From NCBI GenBank assembly GCA_050012235.1, contig JBEKHP010000015.1, positions 3,007 through 67,006 of the forward strand: a stretch of 64,000 bases of DNA. Direction: 5' to 3'. Made by a program: the position numbers and the translations under genes. This document shows, piece after piece, positions 48,052 through 54,985 of this stretch (the first letter of the stretch is position 1; each line of letters begins with the position of its first letter). Under the pieces are notes generated by a model. It worked only from the letters and a program-made list of their open reading frames with translations, had not been told where the DNA came from and did no database searches. The stretch is from Candidatus Acidiferrales bacterium (GTDB taxonomy: Bacteria; Acidobacteriota; Terriglobia; Acidiferrales; UBA7541).

Positions 48052-48079
48052 GGCAAGTAGATGACGGCAAGTGGATAAC
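48052..48079. repeat. 14-nt tandem repeat GGCAAGTAGATGAC / GGCAAGTGGATAAC; the second unit contains a near DnaA-box (GTGGATAA)
   Basis: Two adjacent units, 11/14 identical, flanked by related fragments (GGCGAGTAGAG, GTGGCTAATGAC). Confidence 0.55.
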
Positions 48080-48397
48080 GTGGCTAATGACGGACGACGA
48101 TGGAAAGCCGGCCGGTTCAAGTTGTGGCGGAGTTGGCAGACGGCGACGAAACGCGAACGGGCGAGGAGAGTTGAGCTTCTAGTTGCGGCGACGCTTCCGA
48201 TGGAAGCGAATTTGCGGCGGCAGACCGCGTTAGATTGCGCGGGCGTGCCGGAGAACAGAGTGCTGAGAGAAGAAATGTTCGTGCGCCGAGCTGTCAATTC
48301 GTACCGGAATGGTGCTTTGGTATTGCGTGGAGCGGCCGAAATGCTTTTTGCAACAAGACTGAATGGCGCACGGGAAGTAGCGGGAGAAGCTCGATGA
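48071..48397 (+). CDS. Possible small hypothetical protein (108 aa, or 66 aa from the internal ATG)
   Basis: G-ending codon bias resembles host genes, and the sequence is plausible (...RERARRVELLVAATLPMEANLRRQTALDCAGVPENRVLREEMFVRRAVNSYRNGALVLRGAAEMLFATRLNG). It is overlapped antisense by a 373 aa ORF that looks compositionally spurious. Confidence 0.3.
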   Translation: MDNVANDGRRWKAGRFKLWRSWQTATKRERARRVELLVAATLPMEANLRRQTALDCAGVPENRVLREEMFVRRAVNSYRNGALVLRGAAEMLFATRLNGAREVAGEAR

Positions 48398-48478
48398 GCC
48401 AGGAGCTGGAGCGGAAGGCAGCACTCGAGTTCGCGTGCACGCGCGCGACTAACGCCGGATTCACGCCGGATGCGCAGG

Positions 48479-49270
48479 TTACACGGCCTTTCGTTGAGGG
48501 GGCGAGTAACGCATTGACGCGCGAGCCGGCGGAGCGGGGCGCAGTTTTTGTCCGCGAACCAAGGCCACGATCTGCGGGACCTCGGCAGAATCAGCGACCG
48601 CGCGGCCCTTTGGAGCATCCCTCTTCGCGGAATGACCGGCAGCGAAGCGCCGGGTGCGCGCGCACACATTCTCAGACCTTTCAGCAGGATCGAGCGCGAC
48701 AGGGAAAAGGGACGCGGTCTGCGATCTCTTATGCACGCGCTGGTGTTGTGGGGCGTTCCGAACAGGGCTGGGCAAAGCGGCTTTTCGACCGATTCCCGGC
48801 TGGGAGATATACGCGTTCGGGGCGATGGCGTCCGTCTGTAAGCGAGCCTGCTGTTCCAGGAAGTGCAAGGCTCTTTTTGCTTTGCAAGACAGTTGCGTGC
48901 TCGGAAGAGGCAGCGCATCAAGGGCCGGGGACGAGGATCGGGGAGAGCGCGACGAACGATTGGGAAGCGCCGTCAGAGACGAGGATTGCGATTGGTATTC
49001 CTGGGAATTCAGCGGCCCGTCAAATAGCGGCAAACGATTTTCGTCGATGGCTTTCGAGCGGTGCGAGTCTGACGCGGCGTCTTGAGTACGGCGGCATTCG
49101 AGAATCCAGCGCGCAAGCCGGCACTGGGTTTCCGCTTCGATCCATTCCTCGACAACTTCGCCAAGCTCCTTGCGCAAATTTGCGATGGTATTCCGTCGAA
49201 CAAGTTCAAAATTTTCCAGACCCGCTTGAGACGAGGTTACCAAGTACTCGAGCGGGGGAGATATGCACAT
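48479..49270 (-). CDS. Hypothetical protein (263 aa from MCISPPLEY...), structured N-terminus then a Ser/Pro/Arg/Gln-rich region
   Basis: GGAGG lies 8 nt upstream of ATG 49270. The N-terminal 70 aa look like real protein (LENFELVRRNTIANLRKELGEVVEEWIEAETQCRLARWILE). By eye this frame has the highest third-position G+C of the three competing frames. It is divergent from the 49551 module. Confidence 0.4.
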   Translation of the reverse strand: MCISPPLEYLVTSSQAGLENFELVRRNTIANLRKELGEVVEEWIEAETQCRLARWILECRRTQDAASDSHRSKAIDENRLPLFDGPLNSQEYQSQSSSLTALPNRSSRSPRSSSPALDALPLPSTQLSCKAKRALHFLEQQARLQTDAIAPNAYISQPGIGRKAALPSPVRNAPQHQRVHKRSQTASLFPVALDPAERSENVCARTRRFAAGHSAKRDAPKGRAVADSAEVPQIVALVRGQKLRPAPPARASMRYSPPQRKAV

Positions 49271-49550
49271 GAAAAAGACCTCCTGGGTACGTGTCTCCAA
49301 AGAATGAGAGGCAGACTAGTAGGATAACAGAATTAGGTAAGTCACTCAATAGTAATCGTATGGTGAGCCGGGAAGGGAGTGCGCTGCTCATGGCCCTTAT
49401 CCCATAGTTTCGGCTCAGCCGCAACCGTCGGCGAGGGCGAGAAACTGAGGAAGAACACGGATGTAGTGGAGGACGGAATCGTAAAACGGCCTTAATCAAC
49501 AAGCGCGATACGCAGGACTGCGGAAGTGATTCTCGATGCTAGGAGGATCC

Positions 49551-49907
49551 ATGGGTGGAAAGCGGCAGACGGTGCCAGCGGAATTCGCAGTGCAAGGCGA
49601 AGTAATGATTCGGACTGCGCGTGTCAAGATGCGGCGCACGCGCAGCCGCGATTACATGAAGAAATGGAGGGCGAATCCGAAGCATCGGGAGCTGGAACGC
49701 GAGAGGCGCGACCGCGACTACGTATTAAAAAAACAGCGTAGAGCCCGGAGACTGCTGCTTCGGCCCTACACCAGAGTTGATGGGCGGCCGCAATGCGGAT
49801 TTTGCGGACAGGGAAGGCCAGTGGAAATTGTCGAAAGACTTCGAATTTCGGAGACAGCGGACGACGAATTCGTAAAGGTGCTCATCCCGTATTGTGGACA
49901 CTGTTGA
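49551..49907 (+). CDS. Small basic protein with a C-terminal CxxC...CxxC zinc ribbon (118 aa)
   Basis: AGGAGG lies 4 nt before ATG 49551. It has an Arg/Lys-rich helix region (RTRSRDYMKKWRANPKHRELERERRDRDYVLKKQRRARR) and then CGFCGQ...x26...CGHC at the very C-terminus. Confidence 0.6.
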   Translation: MGGKRQTVPAEFAVQGEVMIRTARVKMRRTRSRDYMKKWRANPKHRELERERRDRDYVLKKQRRARRLLLRPYTRVDGRPQCGFCGQGRPVEIVERLRISETADDEFVKVLIPYCGHC

Positions 49908-49956
49908 TGGAAGACCGGCGAGCGCCAAGAGTGTTTCCTTGCGAGTGACACTTTGA

Positions 49957-50691
49957 ATGCGTGAAAAGGATTTTAGCACCGGGCTGCGAGGCGTGCTTTT
50001 CGAAGCGCGGCACTACGAGCGCATGGGTTCGGCAATTTGGCTGTACGCCTGGTTGGTTCTGCGGCAGACGCATCAGACGGGGTCGGTGGGATGGGTGCTT
50101 GGCGGCGCGCCGGTTCGCTATAGCGAAATCGAGGAAGAGACGGGGTTCAACCGGCGGACGCTCGAACGATGGCTGAGCCTTTTGCGGCGCGAGGGTTACA
50201 TCGAGACGACCGTGGCGCAGGAAGGCATACGCATCCGCATCACGAAAGCCAAGAAATTTCCACAGGGTGTACGCAAATCTGCGGAGGGTGTACGCAGAAT
50301 TGCGGCCAGTGCTACGCGGAATTGCGGGGCAAGTGCCGCGCAAAACTATGCGTACGACCAAGTTGCGGACGGGATGAATAGCTCATTAATAGTAAGAATA
50401 AAAGAAAGAGAAGCGCGGCGCGAAAATCCTGGAAGCTGTGGAAATCAACAACAAAATCAGCAGCAAAATCGAAGCAGAAATCAAAATCCAAACGAATACC
50501 CGAGTCCACCTCAAAACCCTTCCGGGTTAGAACAAAATCAAAACCAAAATCAGTTTCAAGACCGCAAACAAGATCAACACCAATACTTTCCTTGGGAGCT
50601 GCGTTTGCGTCAGCAGTTGTTGCGTGCCGAGCGCGAAGAAGCGGTGCGGCGCGAGCTCTTCGTGGGAGCGGGGCCGTCGGATCGCCGATGA
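49957..50691 (+). CDS. Winged-helix (replication-organizer / DnaD-like HTH) protein with a Gln/Asn-rich low-complexity linker
   Basis: The N-terminal pattern AIWLYAWLVLRQ...VRYSEIEEETGFNRRTLERWLSLLRREGYIE resembles phage/plasmid replication-associated wHTH proteins. The central part is NQQQNQQQNRSRNQNPNEYPSPPQNPSGLEQNQNQNQFQDRKQDQHQ. Confidence 0.6.
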   Translation: MREKDFSTGLRGVLFEARHYERMGSAIWLYAWLVLRQTHQTGSVGWVLGGAPVRYSEIEEETGFNRRTLERWLSLLRREGYIETTVAQEGIRIRITKAKKFPQGVRKSAEGVRRIAASATRNCGASAAQNYAYDQVADGMNSSLIVRIKEREARRENPGSCGNQQQNQQQNRSRNQNPNEYPSPPQNPSGLEQNQNQNQFQDRKQDQHQYFPWELRLRQQLLRAEREEAVRRELFVGAGPSDRR

Positions 50692-51080
50692 AGTTATTTA
50701 CTGGATTGCGCAGGGAAGTGGGACACGGAGGAAACGTGCCGGCCGGGTATCAACTGGCCTGGTATGAGCCGCGGCGCCGCATCGGAGTGTATTTCCCTGT
50801 GCCGCTGAATTGGGCGCTGCGAGTCTTGCGCGAACTGGGGCACCGTTTGCAGCTCGCGCTGCGCGCTCCGCGAATCGAGCGCGCTGAAGTTTTTGAAATG
50901 CAGCGAGCGCATCGCGAACGCGAGCGATTGGCCGCGGAATACGCGCGCGGATACATCAACGGGTGGCGCGAGTGCTTTCACGTTTGCCTCGACGCCGTGG
51001 AAGAAGAGATCGAGCGTGTGGACGAAGCGTGGAATGTCGGCGCGATGTTTCCAGCGTCCAAGCCGCCGCGGAAGAACTAG
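50688..51080 (+). CDS. Hypothetical protein (130 aa), translationally coupled to the preceding gene
   Basis: ATGA start/stop overlap at 50688-50691. Balanced composition (MKLFTGLRREV...ERLAAEYARGYINGWRECFHVCLDAVEEEIERVDEAW). No family recognised. Confidence 0.5.
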   Translation: MKLFTGLRREVGHGGNVPAGYQLAWYEPRRRIGVYFPVPLNWALRVLRELGHRLQLALRAPRIERAEVFEMQRAHRERERLAAEYARGYINGWRECFHVCLDAVEEEIERVDEAWNVGAMFPASKPPRKN

Positions 51081-51138
51081 CGACGGCCTTGGCGAGCTGA
51101 AATGCGAGGTCAAATTCGGGATTCGCGAGGTGGTGACG

Positions 51139-51561
51139 ATGAAAGCTGCCGAAATGTTCAACGCATGTCACGCGCGTTACCGTGGTCTGCACGAATGGCT
51201 CGATGATTCGCTTGGGCAGGTGCGCGCGCTGGACCTCGACTCGCCTTCTTGCGGGTATCGGTGGCGGCCCGAGCGGTCGCGCGCTTGCGAGTACGTCGCC
51301 GATTTCGAGCGCATCGGCCGACAGGCGCTGAAACGTCCGGCGTGGAAGGGACGTTTGAAATTGTTCGAGATTTATTTTCTCGGCGGAATCGAATATCGAC
51401 GCGCAATCTCGCTGGTCGGAGTGGCTGAAGGCACGTTTGACTACTGGATGGCCGAGGTCAAAAAGGCCGCCGGACGGGAATTCTCGCGCACGGGTTTGTA
51501 TCCGCCGTCGCATTATTTTCAGTCCACGCACGCGCATCATGTCCACACGCGCAATTTGTAA
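51139..51561 (+). CDS. Small protein with a sigma-70 region-4-like helix-turn-helix (140 aa)
   Basis: GAGGTGG precedes ATG 51139. RLKLFEIYFLGGIEYRRAISLVGVAEGTFDYWMAEVKKAAGRE matches the ECF region-4 pattern (..vf.l.yl.g.sy.eia..lg.s.gTv......a.kk). Confidence 0.55.
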   Translation: MKAAEMFNACHARYRGLHEWLDDSLGQVRALDLDSPSCGYRWRPERSRACEYVADFERIGRQALKRPAWKGRLKLFEIYFLGGIEYRRAISLVGVAEGTFDYWMAEVKKAAGREFSRTGLYPPSHYFQSTHAHHVHTRNL

Positions 51562-51740
51562 TGGCGAGTGTTTGGTTAAGGCCACTCGGAATGGTTGCTG
51601 AACCGAGGGCACCTTGCGGTTTCCACGTTTTATCCTGCGAAGTTCACCCTCGCTGAAATCCTCAGTTCAAAGCTCGCCTCGATTCATTTCACGCATTCGG
51701 TTTCGGATACACTTCTGCACAGGCAAATGCAATCGCGCGG

Positions 51741-52820
51741 ATGGCCTTTATAATCCCGGCGGCGTGTGTTAGACAGGATGCGATGAATCGGAGCGCTAAC
51801 ATCCTCATTACGGGCGCGGGCGGGTGCATCGGCTCTGCGCTGGCGGAGAGCTTCGCCAATTCCGGCGCGCGCAATCTGATACTTCTGGACCATGCGGAGC
51901 ACGAGCTGCATGAAATTGGGCTGGCGCTTTCCGCAGTCGAGGGTTGCGCGCCGCACGTCGCCGTGCTTGGCGATATTTGCGACGCCGCGTTGCTTGCTGA
52001 AGTGTTCAAAGAGCATCGGCCGGACGTGATTTATCATGCGGCCGCTTTCAAGCATGTGGCGATGATGGAAGCAAATCCTCTAGCGGCGATTCGCAACAAT
52101 GTGATGGGAACGATGACGCTGGCTCGCGTCGCACGCGAGTACGAATCGGCGCAGCTCGTGATGGTTTCCACGGACAAAGCCGTGAATCCGCGCAGCGTGA
52201 TGGGAGTGTCGAAACGGATCGCCGAACTGGTCCTGCTGCGATGGAACGGCATCAGGACGCAGATGAAAGCCGTAAGGCTCGGAAATGTTTTAGGATCGCG
52301 TGGCAGCGTGGCGCCGATGTTTCGGCAGCAAATTGCGCGGGGCGGTCCGGTAACGGTGACGCATCCTGACGCCAGCAGATACTTTCTGACTCTGCGAGAA
52401 GTGGTGGAACTGATTCTCGCGACGGCAACGGTGGAGGGCGGAGTTTTTGTGCCGGAGCCTAGCGAGCCGGTAAAAATTGTTGATTTGGCGCGCGGGATGA
52501 TTCGGAAAGCGGGGTTTGAGCCGGACGTGGGCATGCCGATTACGTTTACGAAACTTTTTCCGGGAGAAAAGCTCGCCGAGGAGATGATTTTTGCCAGCGA
52601 AACCGTCGAGGCCACCGGAGACTCGAGACTTCAACGTGTGCGAGGCGCGGCAATCGCCGCCGGCGAATTTGATATAAAGATTGCGCGACTGGTCGAGAGT
52701 GTGGAGCTTCGCGACCTGCCCGCGCTCGTGGCTACGCTCGTCCGCATCGTGCCGGAGTACGTGCCCAGCGAACTGTTGCTCGGGTTGGCAAAACCGCTCG
52801 TGCGCGCAGCGACAAAGTAA
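51741..52820 (+). CDS. Short-form CapD/PseB/FlaA1-like NAD(P)-dependent nucleotide-sugar 4,6-dehydratase
   Basis: ILITGAGGCIGSAL Rossmann motif, VIYHAAAFKHVAMMEANP, VSTDKAVNPRSVMGVSKR and GSRGSVAPMFRQQIARGGPVTVTHPD. The start is either ATG 51741 or 51783. Confidence 0.85.
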   Translation: MAFIIPAACVRQDAMNRSANILITGAGGCIGSALAESFANSGARNLILLDHAEHELHEIGLALSAVEGCAPHVAVLGDICDAALLAEVFKEHRPDVIYHAAAFKHVAMMEANPLAAIRNNVMGTMTLARVAREYESAQLVMVSTDKAVNPRSVMGVSKRIAELVLLRWNGIRTQMKAVRLGNVLGSRGSVAPMFRQQIARGGPVTVTHPDASRYFLTLREVVELILATATVEGGVFVPEPSEPVKIVDLARGMIRKAGFEPDVGMPITFTKLFPGEKLAEEMIFASETVEATGDSRLQRVRGAAIAAGEFDIKIARLVESVELRDLPALVATLVRIVPEYVPSELLLGLAKPLVRAATK

Positions 52821-52832
52821 TTAGCAAATAAA

Positions 52833-54008
52833 ATGAAACGCAAAATCGCAGTGGTCACAACTTCGCGCGCCGATTACAGCCATTTGTACTGGCCGCTGCG
52901 GGAGCTTTCCGCGCATCCGGACGTGGACTTGAAAATCATCGCGATGGGCGCGCACCTTTCGCCTGAATTCGGCTCGACCATTCAGGAAATCGAGAGGGAC
53001 GATTTCCACATCGACGCGCGAGTCGAGTGCCTGCTCAGCTCCGATACTGACGTGGGCATGGCCAAGACGATCGGCGTCGCCACGTTGAGCCTCGCGGACA
53101 TTTTCGGCCAGATGCGCCCCGACTTGCTTTTGCTGATCGCGGATCGGTACGAAATGCTCGCGCCCGCGTCGGTCGCTCTGGCGCTGCGAATTCCCATCGC
53201 GCACATCGAGGGCGGAGAAATCAGCGAAGGCGCGATTGACGACGCGGTCAGAAACGCGCTGACGAAGATGAGCCACATTCATTTCACGTCCACGCAGGCG
53301 GCGCGCGACCGCGTGATCGCCATGGGTGAAGAGCCTTGGCGAGTTCATCGCGCGGGCGCACCTTCGCTGGATCATTTGCGGCGGCAAACGCTGCTGACGC
53401 GCGAGCAGCTCGAGACGCGTTTGCGCGTCGAACTGAAGCATCCGGCGATTCTGGTCGCGTATCACCCGGTGACGCTCGCGCGCGACACTGTGCGAGAAGC
53501 GGACGCGCTTTTCGAGGCTTTAGAGAATCTGCCGGATCAGCTTCTGTTCTGCTACCCAAATGCCGATGCCGGCAGCCGCAATCTGATCGAGCGGGCGCGA
53601 ACTTTCGCAGCTTCGCGCGACGGGTCGCACGTGTTCGTGAACCTGGACGCGCTGACTTATTGGAGTTTGCTGAAGCAGGTGGACGTGCTGGTGGGAAATT
53701 CGAGCAGCGGAATCATGGAGTCGGCTTCTTTTGCGTTACCCACAGTGAATGTTGGCTTACGGCAGCAGGGCAGGGAACGGGCGCGCAACGTGATCGATAC
53801 CGTGCCGGAGGTTCGCGCCATTCTCAAAGCCATCGCTACGGCAAAGACCGCCGATTTTCGCCGCGCGCTTCAAGGTATGACGAATCCGTACGGCGAGGGC
53901 GTCGCGTCCGAGAAAATTGTTGAAGTGTTGACCAGCGTCCCGCTCGGCGAAGAATTGCTGCTGAAACGCCACGCGCCGATCCGCGCGCTTTCCACCTCCG
54001 CCGGGTAG
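52833..54008 (+). CDS. Hydrolysing UDP-N-acetylglucosamine 2-epimerase (NeuC/LegG-like)
   Basis: MKRKIAVVTTSRADYSHL, MGAHLSPEFGST, LLSSDT, ADRYEMLA, IAHIEGGEISEGAIDDAVRNALTKMSHIHF. Confidence 0.85.
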   Translation: MKRKIAVVTTSRADYSHLYWPLRELSAHPDVDLKIIAMGAHLSPEFGSTIQEIERDDFHIDARVECLLSSDTDVGMAKTIGVATLSLADIFGQMRPDLLLLIADRYEMLAPASVALALRIPIAHIEGGEISEGAIDDAVRNALTKMSHIHFTSTQAARDRVIAMGEEPWRVHRAGAPSLDHLRRQTLLTREQLETRLRVELKHPAILVAYHPVTLARDTVREADALFEALENLPDQLLFCYPNADAGSRNLIERARTFAASRDGSHVFVNLDALTYWSLLKQVDVLVGNSSSGIMESASFALPTVNVGLRQQGRERARNVIDTVPEVRAILKAIATAKTADFRRALQGMTNPYGEGVASEKIVEVLTSVPLGEELLLKRHAPIRALSTSAG

Positions 54009-54049
54009 ACCGCGACGCTTCCGCGATCGCCGATGTCCGGCGACGCCAG

Positions 54050-54166
54050 CTACGAAGGGGTCGAGGGCTTGTTGACGAAGGTGATCGCCGGGCGGTTTGG
54101 TTCCGGCTTGGGCACTTTCTTCTTCGGCTTTTTCACTTCGCGTCTGCGTGCGTCTTTGTTTCCCAT
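54050..54166 (-). CDS. Possible 38 aa lysine-rich small protein
   Basis: My own translation is MGNKDARRREVKKPKKKVPKPEPNRPAITFVNKPSTPS. It is too short for the ORF track and has no clear SD. It resembles the short basic proteins of the M..KD.R.REVKKPKK type seen in many soil bacteria, a link I make from memory only. Confidence 0.3.
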   Translation of the reverse strand: MGNKDARRREVKKPKKKVPKPEPNRPAITFVNKPSTPS

Positions 54167-54409
54167 GCCACATAGGATGCCACAATTTTACGCGTTTGCA
54201 ACTGCGCTGGGCGGTGGAGAATCCATTTTATTTGGTTTAGCATCCCATACGCTTACACGCTATTAGTAATGGACACGTGTGGGCTAACAGAAGTACTGTT
54301 GACCCGTCGTATAAGCTAGGCCCAGACTAAGACGCAAGGGCTTGCATTCAAGGGCGCATATGAGATACAAACCTCGGCACGGTACGTATTCGATATACAA
54401 GGAAATACC

Positions 54410-54628
54410 GTGTCTCCTCACGTCGGCAATCCCAACCCCCCGCTCGGCGTTTTGGAGATGCTCGGATCGTTTCTCAGAGAGGCAGCGGTACTAGTTTTTG
54501 TTTTTGCACCCTTAGATCAGGCTCTTAGCAAGGATGGTTTCACATTCTGGTTTCAATTTACGGGCTTGGTGACATCATTAGCGCTACTAGTCTTAGGAAT
54601 TCTAGTTGAGAAAAGGAGGTACCCGTGA
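54410..54628 (+). CDS. Small two-TM membrane protein (72 aa)
   Basis: GTG follows AAGGA. Two hydrophobic helices (AAVLVFVFAPL, GLVTSLALLVLGILV). First of a coupled pair. Confidence 0.5.
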   Translation: MSPHVGNPNPPLGVLEMLGSFLREAAVLVFVFAPLDQALSKDGFTFWFQFTGLVTSLALLVLGILVEKRRYP

Positions 54629-54822
54629 ACAGCCAATATATTCCGTTTCTTATTTTCTTGTCTGCCGGCCTGGTTGTATTTGTCGCAGCGATTGTCTGGA
54701 GCGACGTACGTCCTTACATGCTAAAGAAGCGAGCGGAGCGTGAGAGGGCGGATAACGATCACACGTCCGACAGCCACAAAAACCCCGTCGATCGCCCCGT
54801 CGCAAACACGGCAGCTCGGTAA
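54625..54822 (+). CDS. Small single-TM membrane protein (65 aa) with a charged C-terminal tail
   Basis: A strong AGGAGG precedes GTG 54625. GTGA overlap with the upstream ORF. Sequence IPFLIFLSAGLVVFVAAIVW then KKRAERERADNDH... Confidence 0.55.
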   Translation: MNSQYIPFLIFLSAGLVVFVAAIVWSDVRPYMLKKRAERERADNDHTSDSHKNPVDRPVANTAAR

Positions 54823-54985
54823 TCTATTCTACGCTGCTGCTTTCTCGCCCCGGTTCGATAGATCTTAGTAAGATTCCGATGCTCCGCGAAACTAGTAGCG
54901 TCCCGGCCGCTGCGTGGCGAAAATTTGCAAATTGCTGTACCCTAAAAGGCCTCTGGCGAATCTTATATGCAGGAGGCTTACGGCC

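Larger units (their letters stand above)
46620..51600. mobile_element. Putative cryptic integrated element or replicon remnant (boundaries approximate)
   Basis: Coding density collapses right after nuoI. The region has short tandem repeats, overlapping long ORFs on both strands, then four small co-directional genes that all look like DNA-binding proteins. No integrase, transposase or structural gene and no flanking direct repeat was found. Confidence 0.4.

Noticed and set aside
46620-48070. Group II intron or integrase remnant in the ORF-poor tract
   Set aside because: I found no domain V-like sequence (..AGC..GAAA..ACGTACGGTTC-type) and no GTGCG 5-prime end. Hand translation of the stretches I checked showed no R..H..R..Y integrase-like or RT-like segment. 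This is a negative result by eye only, and a tblastx/cmscan run is still warranted.
48394-49272. Plus-strand ORF starting MSQELERKAALEF..., ATGA-coupled to the 48071 ORF
   Set aside because: I did not call it as a feature. After about 55 plausible residues it becomes 250 aa of Arg/Ser/Gly/Pro-rich sequence and runs antisense through the better-supported 49270-48479 ORF. It is kept as an open alternative in the findings.
50440-50590. A-rich short-period DNA repeats (AAAATCA/CAAAAC units) as a possible non-coding repeat array
   Set aside because: The repeats are in frame within the 49957-50691 ORF and simply encode its Gln/Asn-rich linker. They are neither spacer-repeat structured nor CRISPR-like.
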